From the NCBI GenBank assembly GCA_963693365.1, contig CAVNZM010000001.1:1435827-1499826 (forward strand): a DNA stretch of 64,000 bases, in the 5' to 3' direction. Below the pieces are notes generated by a model. The model ran no database searches. It worked only from the letters and a program-made list of their open reading frames with translations, and had not been told where the DNA came from. The translations under genes and the position numbers were made by a program. Below are positions 50,685 to 61,559 of the stretch, piece by piece (position 1 is the stretch's first letter; each line of letters opens with the position of its first letter). The stretch comes from Amoebidium appalachense (lineage: Eukaryota; Protista; Ichthyosporea).

Positions 50685-53495
50685 ATGACTGACAAACCGT
50701 CGTATATCAACCTTCCAATATGGAATCCGTCCGAGAAACGAGACGAGAAACGTCTTAATTATTTCGAGTGGGAGCCACTCATTCACCGGTTCATTAGAAC
50801 CACCATTGCCGAGAAATTCGTTGACGCTATCAAGAGGCCACAGTGGGTTGACGGCGCTGAAGCCAACCAGTGGCTAGGCTACACCACCAAGGACTCCTAC
50901 AAGAAAGCTTCCGACGTCCTCGACCAGATCCTCAACCAGTCCGTCCACCCGACCGAGCTCTACGACTCCGGCCGGATGCAAGACGGTGTCCACGGTGGTG
51001 AAGTCTTCCACAACCTACGTATGGCGTATGTAGCAGAGAAGGAGGCCCGAGTCACCCAGATTCAAGTCACCTTCGAGGAGCTTGAACTACGAGACTACCC
51101 CAACGTCACAGCATACCTCACCCGTCTCCAACGTCTGGCTACGACACTTGCCTGCCTCGACGAACCCGTCCAGCACAAGGATGTCGTACGTAAGTTCTTC
51201 CTCCACATCCGGAAGAACACAGCCCTGGTCTGCCCCGACATTGAACGTCTCTGCTCCGACTACTGGATGAACAACAAGGCCTACCCGTCCTTCAACATGC
51301 TCATCAGTGACATCCGAGGAGCTGAAATCCGTGCCGGCCTCATCGACGCAGGCACAGGTGCAACCGTCAACAACCGTCCCCTCCGTGCACTCCAGAGCAG
51401 AGTGCTTCCCCCCGGTGACCTCCGTAACCGTATTCCTCGACGTGAGCATACACCTCACCGTTCCCCGTCCCGTTCCCGTGATCCTCGTCCTCCCTCCAAG
51501 TCACCCGGCCCCCGTTCAACTTCCCCTTACCACCGTGGTAACAGGGACAACCGTAACCGACAGCACAACACCAACAGTGTGAAGTGTTCCTACTGCCATG
51601 AGCCCCACCACATCACAGCATGCCCGGAGCCTGGCTGCACAGTTGCTCGTCGTGCCAAGCAGGAGAAAGGTGACAAGAGTGTGAAATTTGCACTCATCTC
51701 CTCCACCGGCACACCTGACAGTAACGACCCCGTCTGGGACAGTGCTTGTAATGCACACATCTGCCCCATCAAGGAGTATTTCTCCTCCCTTACCCCGTGT
51801 CCTCCCACCCCCATTCACGGCCTCGGCACAGTCAATGCCAAACAACGTGGCATCATCAACATGACACTGCACTACAACGGCCACCCAACACCGTGCAGCA
51901 TCAATGCTTACTACGTACCCGAGGCACCGTCTTTCCTCGTGTCTACCTCCATGGCATCAGCTGCCGGCCTCCTAGGTCATTGTGACGATACAGACAACCA
52001 CCCGTCGTTCCTCTACAGCCGTAATGGTGACATTATTACAGATCTCACCCCCCTCGACGGTCTCTACTACATCACTGACTATGTGATTGAGACTCCTAAA
52101 CACCCGGGGGTCCAAGCCTACACAGCAAGGACTCAACCACCCGACGACCTCACCCTTTGGCACAACCGTCTCGGCCACCGTGCCCTCTCCACCGTCACCA
52201 GGATGGCCAAGGATGAGCTTGTCATCGGCATGCCCCCCTCCCTCAAGTCACCCGACAACAGTGACTGCTTCGGCTGCATGTCTGGCAAGACCACCAAGGC
52301 CCCCTTTCCCGGCACCCGTTCCAAGTTCACCATTCCCGGTGCTAAGTGGCACCTGGACTTCTTCGAAGCTCCCTGTGCTTCCTACGGAGGCTACAAGGTT
52401 GCTCTGGTGTGTGTTTGTGATGCCACCGGTTACACCACCGTGTTCCCCCTTTACAACCGTGGTGAAACCCTCAGCCACATTCAGTCTCTCGTTGAAACCA
52501 TCGAACGTCAGACACCTGAGATCGTCACCCATCTTCGGTTTGACTCCGGCTCTGAGTTCACCTCCAAGGACACCGAGGCCTACTGCAAGCAGAAAGGCAT
52601 CATCATGGAGTTTGCCCCCGTCGACACACCACAACACAATGGTGTTGTTGAACGGAAGATGAGAGAACTGCAAGAGACAGTCCGTTGCTTCCTCCATGCC
52701 GACAAGGACCAACCTCTCTCTCCCAAGTTGTGGGTTGCTGCTCTCAAGCATACAAGCTACATCATCAACGTCACACCGTCATCTGCTGCCAACGGCAACA
52801 CTCCCTTCGAGGCCTTCCACGGCTTCAAACCCGACGTCTCCCAGCTCCACGTGTTCGGCTCCCCTGCCTATGTCCATGTTCCCCGGTCAAAGAGGAACAA
52901 GCTGGCATCAACCGTCAGAGTCGGCACCTACGTCGGCTGGGACCTACCCTCCAAGGCACACAAGATCCTCGACCTTGCCAGCAACCAAATCAAGATCTGC
53001 CGTGATGTGATCTTCGACGAGTCGAAATTCACGGGCAGCACCAATCAGGTCTCCGTTCCCCCCAAACCCGATCTGCCGACATTAGACCCCCCCTCCGACG
53101 ACGACGATGAAACTCCGTCTGTGGTCATCTCCCAACCGTCCTGGCACAACCAACCAGCCCCGGTTGAACCCGTGCCTCCTCCGAGCCCCCCCCCCCACTG
53201 GCCAACAACCCTTGCTGCCGGCCCCCCCCGTTGCTGTGCATCAACCCGGCTACATGACTCCGGTTCGTCCTGGGTCCCCCACCTTCCACTCGGCCACGAG
53301 CAGCCCTGTGGACACCGATGCCCCCCTCACCACCGGTCCTATTCCTGGCTTCCATGCCCCTATCCCGGCCTCCACCACCTACCCGGCCACCACCCCCCTC
53401 AAGGACCCCCCCAAGCCCAACCTTCGTCGGTCTACACGTCTCACCAAGACTCCAACGGCACTGGTCAGCATCGTAGCACCGACCATCAACATTGA
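50685..53495 (+). CDS. Copia gag-protease-integrase
   Basis: Zn knuckle, WDSAC, WHNRLGH...CFGC, HLDFF / RFDSGSEF / HNGVVER catalytic core. Confidence 0.96.
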   Translation: MTDKPSYINLPIWNPSEKRDEKRLNYFEWEPLIHRFIRTTIAEKFVDAIKRPQWVDGAEANQWLGYTTKDSYKKASDVLDQILNQSVHPTELYDSGRMQDGVHGGEVFHNLRMAYVAEKEARVTQIQVTFEELELRDYPNVTAYLTRLQRLATTLACLDEPVQHKDVVRKFFLHIRKNTALVCPDIERLCSDYWMNNKAYPSFNMLISDIRGAEIRAGLIDAGTGATVNNRPLRALQSRVLPPGDLRNRIPRREHTPHRSPSRSRDPRPPSKSPGPRSTSPYHRGNRDNRNRQHNTNSVKCSYCHEPHHITACPEPGCTVARRAKQEKGDKSVKFALISSTGTPDSNDPVWDSACNAHICPIKEYFSSLTPCPPTPIHGLGTVNAKQRGIINMTLHYNGHPTPCSINAYYVPEAPSFLVSTSMASAAGLLGHCDDTDNHPSFLYSRNGDIITDLTPLDGLYYITDYVIETPKHPGVQAYTARTQPPDDLTLWHNRLGHRALSTVTRMAKDELVIGMPPSLKSPDNSDCFGCMSGKTTKAPFPGTRSKFTIPGAKWHLDFFEAPCASYGGYKVALVCVCDATGYTTVFPLYNRGETLSHIQSLVETIERQTPEIVTHLRFDSGSEFTSKDTEAYCKQKGIIMEFAPVDTPQHNGVVERKMRELQETVRCFLHADKDQPLSPKLWVAALKHTSYIINVTPSSAANGNTPFEAFHGFKPDVSQLHVFGSPAYVHVPRSKRNKLASTVRVGTYVGWDLPSKAHKILDLASNQIKICRDVIFDESKFTGSTNQVSVPPKPDLPTLDPPSDDDDETPSVVISQPSWHNQPAPVEPVPPPSPPPHWPTTLAAGPPRCCASTRLHDSGSSWVPHLPLGHEQPCGHRCPPHHRSYSWLPCPYPGLHHLPGHHPPQGPPQAQPSSVYTSHQDSNGTGQHRSTDHQH

Positions 53496-55050
53496 CCAGC
53501 TCCCCAAGGGCATTCAAAAGCTTTGCAACGGTCCCAACGGTGATGCCGTCATAGCTGCCCTCACCTCCGAGTACCAAGCCTTCATCACCAAGGATGTCTT
53601 CACCATTGTTGATCCCCCCCCTGGTGCCAACATCATCAAGTTCAAGTGGATTGTGACTGAGAAAGTCCTCAACTCAGCCGGTGACACCAAGATCAAAGCT
53701 CGTGGTGTTGCAAAGGGCTTCACTCAAGTCTACGGTGTTGACTACGGTGACACCTCTTCCCCCGTGGTGATGTCCTCCTCCGTCCGTGCCCTCCTTGCCA
53801 TCGGTGTGGACGGCAACCATGAGATTCATCAACTCGACGTCTCAACTGCCTTCCTCAACAGTCCTCTTCAAGAAGACATCTACATTGAGCCACCACCTGG
53901 CTTCATCACCCCCGGCAACGAACACAAGGTCTGGAAACTTAAGAAGGCACTCTACGGGCTCAAGCAAGCATCACTGGCCTGGTATGAGTACTTCGACAAG
54001 GTCCTCCTTGCTCACGGTCTCGAACGTCTCCGTTCAGATCCATGTGTCTACATCAAGACCTTCCCCAACGGTGACATCATCCTCACTGGCAACTATGTGG
54101 ACGACGTCATCATCATCTGCACGGCCAACTCCTCCCACACCAAGGATCTAGTAGACCACATCATGAAGTCAGCTCTCTGCAAGGTTGACCTTCCCGACAT
54201 CTTCCTTGGCACCCAGCTCATCCACACCCCCGGTCACCTCAAGCTGCTTCAGCAATCCTACATCAACGACATCGTCAGAGACTTCAACCTCAACGATGCT
54301 CACCCCAAGGCTACTCCCATTCCCGTCGGCACCGTCATCACCATCAACGAGAACGACTCACCACCCATCAAGGTTCCCTACCGTGAACTACTCGGCCGTC
54401 TTTTGTGGGTTGCTCGTTGTTCCCGGCCCGACATCTCCTTTGCCATCGGCTACCTCGGTAGATTCAGTGCCAACCCCACCAAACTTGCATGGGAATGTCT
54501 ACTCCGTGTAGTTCGGTACCTCATCGGCACTTCCAACCTCGGCCTTCACTACGACAAGTCTGCTTCCGACGACAACACCCCCTTGCTGGAGTGTTATTCT
54601 GATGCTGACTTTGCCAACTGCCCCAACACCCGTCGTTCAACCACCGGATACGTCATCTTCTTCAAGGGCATACCCATCACATGGTATTCGAAGCTGCAGT
54701 CCATCACGGCAACATCCACCACCGAGGCTGAGCTTCTGGCCATCAATGCTGCTGTTCAAAACGTCATCTGGCACCGTGATCTCCTCCGTGAACTCGGCTA
54801 CCCGATGACCGACCCCACCCCCGTCTACTGTGACAACCAGTCCACCATTGCCCTCCTGCACACCAACAGCATCAAGCACCGGACCAAACACATTGCAGTC
54901 CGTTACCACAACACGAAGGACTACATCAAGAGTGGGGATGTGGTCGTCACCTACGTGTCCAGCAAAGACAACGTGGCTGACATCTTCACCAAGCCCCTGC
55001 CCGGGCCCTCCCACGAGCAACACCGTGATTCACTCAGTCTTCGTGACTGA
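53107..55050 (+). CDS. Copia RT-RNaseH, out of frame with gag-IN at a C-run
   Basis: Same motifs as 44491-46329; translation appears identical. Confidence 0.96.
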   Translation: MKLRLWSSPNRPGTTNQPRLNPCLLRAPPPTGQQPLLPAPPVAVHQPGYMTPVRPGSPTFHSATSSPVDTDAPLTTGPIPGFHAPIPASTTYPATTPLKDPPKPNLRRSTRLTKTPTALVSIVAPTINIDQLPKGIQKLCNGPNGDAVIAALTSEYQAFITKDVFTIVDPPPGANIIKFKWIVTEKVLNSAGDTKIKARGVAKGFTQVYGVDYGDTSSPVVMSSSVRALLAIGVDGNHEIHQLDVSTAFLNSPLQEDIYIEPPPGFITPGNEHKVWKLKKALYGLKQASLAWYEYFDKVLLAHGLERLRSDPCVYIKTFPNGDIILTGNYVDDVIIICTANSSHTKDLVDHIMKSALCKVDLPDIFLGTQLIHTPGHLKLLQQSYINDIVRDFNLNDAHPKATPIPVGTVITINENDSPPIKVPYRELLGRLLWVARCSRPDISFAIGYLGRFSANPTKLAWECLLRVVRYLIGTSNLGLHYDKSASDDNTPLLECYSDADFANCPNTRRSTTGYVIFFKGIPITWYSKLQSITATSTTEAELLAINAAVQNVIWHRDLLRELGYPMTDPTPVYCDNQSTIALLHTNSIKHRTKHIAVRYHNTKDYIKSGDVVVTYVSSKDNVADIFTKPLPGPSHEQHRDSLSLRD

Positions 55051-55051
55051 G

Positions 55052-55093
<42 letters not shown>

Positions 55094-56962
55094 TCATCTA
55101 CAGTGGTCTTCAAGTAGGTTGGGGCCCTGGCCAGTGGTCTACACATCACCGTGTAGAGACACCTCCCAACGAAAGTCTACTGCTGTCTTCATCGATCTTC
55201 AGTGTGTGCATCTTCAGTGGGGATTTCTTCTCCACCATCCGTCGTTTATTTATATACCACCATATATATAATGTATTTATCATTAGCCACCAACACGTCA
55301 CACATACACTAGTTGTTTCTTCTATATATATTTATATATCACGTCATTGGCTACCGTCATCTTCCGAGTCTTCAGAGGCAACCGTCGTTGTGTGCTTCTT
55401 CCGTTTTGGTTTTCTTCCCCGGCTTGCACCTTCAAGTCTTCTCCATTGTCTTCTCGAGTGGGGAAACTTGACTGTGACTTCACGGCACCTACTTCTACAT
55501 GTGTGAAAGTCTTAACATCAACAGTCACATCAACAAACTTCACGAGAACCCAACTTCCAACCCTTGAGTGGGGATGTCATCTTCACTTAATTCTCAGCAA
55601 GACTTAGAAGTTGAGTTTGGTATTTATTTATTAGTTGTTGTAGTTTGTTTCCTTTTCCTTTCTTCATTTCTTTCTTTCTTTTCCGTTTCCGTGTACACGA
55701 CATCTTAGATCTGTGTACGTATCGACATACGTTTGCGTCAAAATCTATATATGTCATCCAATCATATCTCGTTTGTATTTTCCCAAATATAGTAACTTAC
55801 ATTCCTTTCTCATTCCTTTCCCACGACGTAGCATTGTGCTATGTTCTTCAACTATTAGGAATAATTATATTTAGACGTGTTATGATAAGAACATGTATAA
55901 ATATATGTTATGAATTAATAGTTACATAAGTGGTTTCATTTTATTAAATGTTTCCGTGCTTTTATTAGAAGTTTCTTTCATTAGAGGATTGAGTTTTATA
56001 TTCTAAATGTCGACAGACATTTTATTCGATATATTTTACACTCATAGTTTTCATTCTTTTGATTGGTTTATCGTTTCACATTCCCAAGTATAAAAGGGAC
56101 CTCATCTTGAAATAAATCACAAGCAGTCGTATTCACTTCCTATGGTTCCAGAAATCGTTCCTCCTCTCCGGTTGTGTTTTTCCCGTGTGTCTTTGTGTTG
56201 TGTTTTACATAACACCCATCTGTGCTCTCTGCTTCTCCGTTTACCCACACAAAATAACACTGGCCCCCACCGTGGGGCATCATGCCGCCTCAGCCCGACC
56301 CTGCCTTCCCCATGCCTGGGCTACTGCCGCAGCACGGTCCCCATCCTTACTTGGGCCATGTGGGCCAGCCCTCGGCTGGTGGGCAGTTCCCACCCCCTTC
56401 TCGTGCATCTGCTCTGCTGGGCCTGGCGTTGCCACCTGCTGGAGAGACGCAGCTGCAATGGCACGATCGAAAGCAAAGTAATCGTGGCCGCAAGTCTGCA
56501 GGCAGCCAATCAGGATCTCAGAGTAGTCAGAGTAGCCAAACTAGTGTCTAATATTGGAATGTACACCAATGTAACGGATCTCATATGTGTTGTAGCGCTT
56601 CAAGTTATACCTGTTCTTCGTACAGTCATGTTGGGGGGGGGGGGGGGGGGGGGGGGGAGGGGCTAGCTTTCATTCCGAAGTTTACTGTTAAGAATTAAAA
56701 TTTAGAATCTGAGTAATAGTACAGAGCCTTTGAGTTTTCTCTGTTTGTTAGTAATTCTTTGTGATTGAGAGTATGGTGTGTTAGACTATTGGTGTTAATG
56801 TGTCCTGGAAGGTGTATATTGTCTGCTGGCCGCAGTCAGTATTTATTTTTAGGTATATATATTTATAAATGTTGGTCGCTGGCCAATAAATAGCAAATAA
56901 TAAACACACGATAAAGTCAACAGTGTGCCAAAAAACTAATCCCCAGCGAGCGCACCCAGTGA

Positions 56963-56979
56963 TGTGTGTGTGTGTGTGT

Positions 56980-57020
<41 letters not shown>

Positions 57021-57045
57021 CGCGCGCGCGTGCGTGCGTGTGTGC

Positions 57046-57106
<61 letters not shown>

Positions 57107-57250
57107 AGTGTGTGTGCGTGTGTATGTGTGGTGTGGTGTGTGCGTGGCTTGTACATATGTACGTGTTCATGTGCACCTGTGTCGGACCTACGAAGTACAT
57201 GAAAGTAAATTTTGACAGCATCGATCTGCCGGTGTGTGTGTGTATGTGTG
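56963..57250. repeat. (TG)n/(CG)n/(TGCG)n microsatellite
   Basis: Directly visible. Confidence 0.9.
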
Positions 57251-58303
57251 CCAGTGCAGCAGGTGTGCCTTGTAACTGATAGCTTCGCTTTTTACGTGTG
57301 TGTATATATGGTAGTACACATAGACACTTGCTGATCATTCTGATCGACATTAATATTTAATCTGTCGGTCCTCGGTTTTTTGAGTGAATGATGATCAAGT
57401 GTAAGAGCATGCACTTGGCAAGTATTAATGTTGCAAAGGCTAGCTGCAGCTGCAAGCGTCGGATGCACACTGACAATTGTCTTTTCAGCGAGTCTAACCT
57501 GCAGGCTGCAGCTGCACACATATAGGGTTGTTATCTTGCGGCACATGCGCGGTGATCGTTTCAGAGTAATAGAGTTCAGACCAATGAAAATAATGAAAAT
57601 AACTAAACTTTGTGACTACTTTAAAGTTGCTGAGATCATACGTGGTGCAAGCTGCACTATGAACACATGTACAGTGCTAGTAACTAATACATTTTTGTTG
57701 CCTTCTGCAGGGTTACCGTAGCTACGTCACGGCCTGCACTCAGGGGGGGGGGGGGGGGAGGGGGGATGATTCGAAGGGGGTATAAATAAGAACATGCACC
57801 TAAAGGTCTTTCCCGTGGATCCTCCCCCCCCCCCCCCCCTCCCCCCCTCCCACCTCTCCCTCCCCCGGGGCCCCATACTATGATATCTAGGCCCAATATT
57901 ATATGCTCCTTCCCCCCCCCCCTCCCCCTCTCCGGATCCCCGGACCCCACTTCCCTACCCGGAGGCTCAAGAGCTCCCCCCTTCCCCTTCCCCCCCCTCC
58001 CCCCCCCCCCAAGGCTTACGGGGGCCCTTCTTCATTGAGGGGGGGGGTGGGGGTGAGGGGGAGGGAAGTGGAAGGCAGGGGTGGATGCATGTCAGCCTAG
58101 GTGAATTCAATTGTTTAACTCCAGTGTACAGGACTGGTCTGAAGGCTTAAGAAAACAACGAGGAAATGGGGTCCAGTGGAAGAGGTGGTGGTGTTCTGTG
58201 TGTGTGTGTACACGTGCACGTATGTGTGTGGTTTTTTTGGGGGGTGAGTGGTGGTGGTGGTGGTTGTTGTGGTCACCGTGGTGGTGGTGTGTGTGTCTGG
58301 TGT

Positions 58304-58373
<70 letters not shown>

Positions 58374-59519
58374 TAGAAAGAAAAGCTGCTCGTGGGTCAC
58401 TGTTTTTCGTCACTGTATTTGTAACGGGCCGCTCATATTTATATAACTACTTTAAGTACACGTGTTCATTATCATATACGATGGCCAAATATAGAAATTT
58501 TGGCGTCGAAGTTCTTGGAGCTAAAAAAACGTTTAAAAGGGGGAAATAATAGCTTGGCCCCAAATTTACCTTGCCATTTTTAGCGGATGTATTTTTTATT
58601 CATGAGTTCTAGTAATTCAGTGAGTGCATACGTGCCTGCCTCAGGCTGATCATGACAACTGCAACACACCATTCCTACATGGATATCAACCAAAAGAAAA
58701 TAGTATATACTGTGGTGGTCTCCTAAACCTTGTGCGGCATGCGCATACATGATATTACAGTGACGCATGTGCATATTATTGTTCTGTACACCGGAGTGTG
58801 GTGCACGTGGCTGTTTTGTGCAAATGTTACAATAGCAGCACGATCTCCCTAAACTCCATGTTTACACATCCCTCACCCTGGCTCTGCCTTGTCGGTGCTC
58901 CAAAACACACATACAAATCCCCCTAGACTCAGTGCCTGCACATGGTCGCATTCACGTGCAGGTCACGTGACACATGCAATGCCATACTGCCGTCTACAGC
59001 AACAACCACGGCAGCATGTATACCGGCCCAGCACGAAATATACTTATCGGCAGCCACTGAACTCGCCCATTTTCTCTTTTTCATGTATGACCCTCCTTTT
59101 TTGTGAAATCACCCTTTTTGGCCTCCTGGTAGTGGATTTTGCAGGATTTGACTTCTTTGAGGTCCAAAAACCTCAAATTTTCCCCGGCAGGGCCGGGGCC
59201 CGGCAGGGCCGGGGAGGGAGAATTCAAAAATTGCCCGCTCCTGATATGGTACCCGGGCCGTACAGAATAGATTTCGGCTCGCGCGCGCGCGTGCATCAGC
59301 TTGGTGCCCTTAGCGGTGCCCTTAGTGCCCTTAGTCACAACTATCAGACTATGTTACGTGTCCTCCACTTCTTTGTTCTTGACCATTTTTTCGGCATAAA
59401 AGGGTTTCTGTTACTTCTTGCTGTCCTTCTTAGCGTGCTTGCTTGTCTTTTTTTCAACATGGGTGTCACTGGCGCTTTCGACTTCTTTGAAATCACACGT
59501 GTACGTTGACACAAGCACG

Positions 59520-59577
59520 AATGCACACAGCCACACCCATACTCACACTCACACCCACAGCTCATGCTCACACTCGA

Positions 59578-59650
<73 letters not shown>

Positions 59651-59672
59651 GCACACACACTCACACATGCAC

Positions 59673-59704
<32 letters not shown>

Positions 59705-60202
59705 GGCGCGCACACACAGGCGCGCACACACACACAGGCGCACACCTACACAACACACACAGCACATGCACACACAAGTGCACGCACGCACACACACTGT
59801 TATCCCTGATCATGATGCCCCCTCCCCCCCTCCCTCTTCCCCCCCCGCGCACCCCCCCCCCCCCCCCCCACCCCATCCACCCACCTACAAAGACGAAAAC
59901 GTTTATCTGTGTTCCAGACCGTGTGCGCTCTACTCCTCTCCCCTCTCCCGCACACAATGAGGCCCCCCCCCCCTCCCCCCCCCCCCCCCCCCCTGTGCAT
60001 GCAGGAACGCACACATATGCACACGTGCGCATACGTCATATATATGGCGGTTGAGTCACAACCCATTTGCAAACCACACACGTGTGCACGCATGGACGTC
60101 GCGCACACACACAACGGCACACACACATAAATGCTCGCGCGCTCACAGCACACATACACACACACTCACTCACAAACACGCACACACACACACACACACA
60201 CA

Positions 60203-60233
<31 letters not shown>

Positions 60234-60330
60234 TCTCTCTTCTCTTTCTCTTTCTCTCTCTCTCTTTCTCTTTCCCTCTTTCTCTGATCTGTCTCTCTCT
60301 CTCTCCCTCTTCCTTCTCTCTCTCTCTAGT
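59520..60330. repeat. (CA)n, poly-C and (CT)n simple-repeat field
   Basis: Directly visible. Confidence 0.9.
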
Positions 60331-60616
60331 AGTGGCAAGTGGAAAGAAAAAATAGGTGATACCCTACTTGGTTTTTTTCTTCTCAATTTTATCTAAATCT
60401 CATCATGATGGGGTATTTTTGGTTTACGTATACACTTGGCTCAGCTTGCATGTACTGGGAACACAAGTTAAGCATGTTAAATAACGATACATTGACATAT
60501 TTCAACCTGTTGACTATCAGTATGCATCATGGGCTTAGTGATTACGACCCCGTCTCAACATTGACATCATAAAAACCAATAAACTATCTGATCCAAATCA
60601 CAATGGACCCAATATC

Positions 60617-60652
<36 letters not shown>

Positions 60653-61559
60653 TATGGAACTTTCATGGTGTTACACGGAACTATTTAAAAAAAAAAAAAA
60701 AAAAAAAAAAACACTCATATACTCTTTGAACTCGCAAAGAACCAATCCCTAATACTTGTACATGTATTGCATACACAAATATACTCGCACATATACATAC
60801 ACACATTCACTTTAATCTTTCAGGCTACATGTGCAATATACATTTATTATGCACAGTCGATTAAGAATTCGTTGTGAAACCCCCCCCCCCCTCCCCCCTC
60901 CCCCCTCCTCGTTCCCTCCATATGCAATGGGGATAATATTGTTTCCCGCTATTAATTAAAAATCACCGTTCTAACTTCCTAAGACCGAACCACTTGTAAC
61001 ACCGACAGTTTCGGTTGTGTTGAAACCCCCCCCCCCCCCCCCCCCACCCACCCACCACCACCTTACCAGTATACGTTACGTATTGGTACAATATCACCAA
61101 TACTAATTAAATGTCGTCACGTGTGATGGTGATGGCATCCATGTAGCTCTGCAGCAGTGTGTGTGCGGTGCGTGTGTGTGTGGTGTGGAGGCCTGGGGTG
61201 GGGGGGGGGGGGGGGGGGGGGGGGGGAGGGGGGGGGGGGGGGAGGGGGAGGGGGGAGGGCCCGGTGGGGGGGGGGGGGGGGGGGGATAGACAAATACCAG
61301 ACATGCATAATTGCACATTCTTTTGCAGCTACAGTTTGATGATATTTACCCACCGTGTGCACCACTTGTGACCCCAGTCTTCCGAGGTGGTGTCATAGGT
61401 GGGCGCCAACACCAATAAATTGACTGGTGACGGGTGTACAACCAAAGAAACTCAGCAGCACATATAATAACGTTGATGCTATACCCTGCCTAGTTGACGT
61501 AATAATTAGTGCACCATCGCACGCGTGACCCCCCCCCCCCCCCCCCCGGGGGGGGGTGT

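Larger units (their letters stand above)
49900..56259 (+). mobile_element. Ty1/Copia element A2 (full length)
   Basis: LTRs 49900-50608 and 55575-56259, TSD CTGGC, PBS at 50609, PPT, domain order gag-PR-IN-RT-RH. Confidence 0.98.
39967..56551 (+). pseudogene. Intron-containing putative DDE transposase with inserted DEDDy 3'-5' exonuclease, disrupted by two Copia insertions; 5' exons not found
   Basis: Exons 39967-40816, 41243-41871+47565-47576, 47993-48199, 48589-49899+56265-56551 join in frame, apart from one C-run frameshift at ~48860. Motifs YTDRCC, LDCEW, IGTD, YAALD, NDAFH, RCIRGTNEVEG, CKTC..C..C. Confidence 0.8.
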
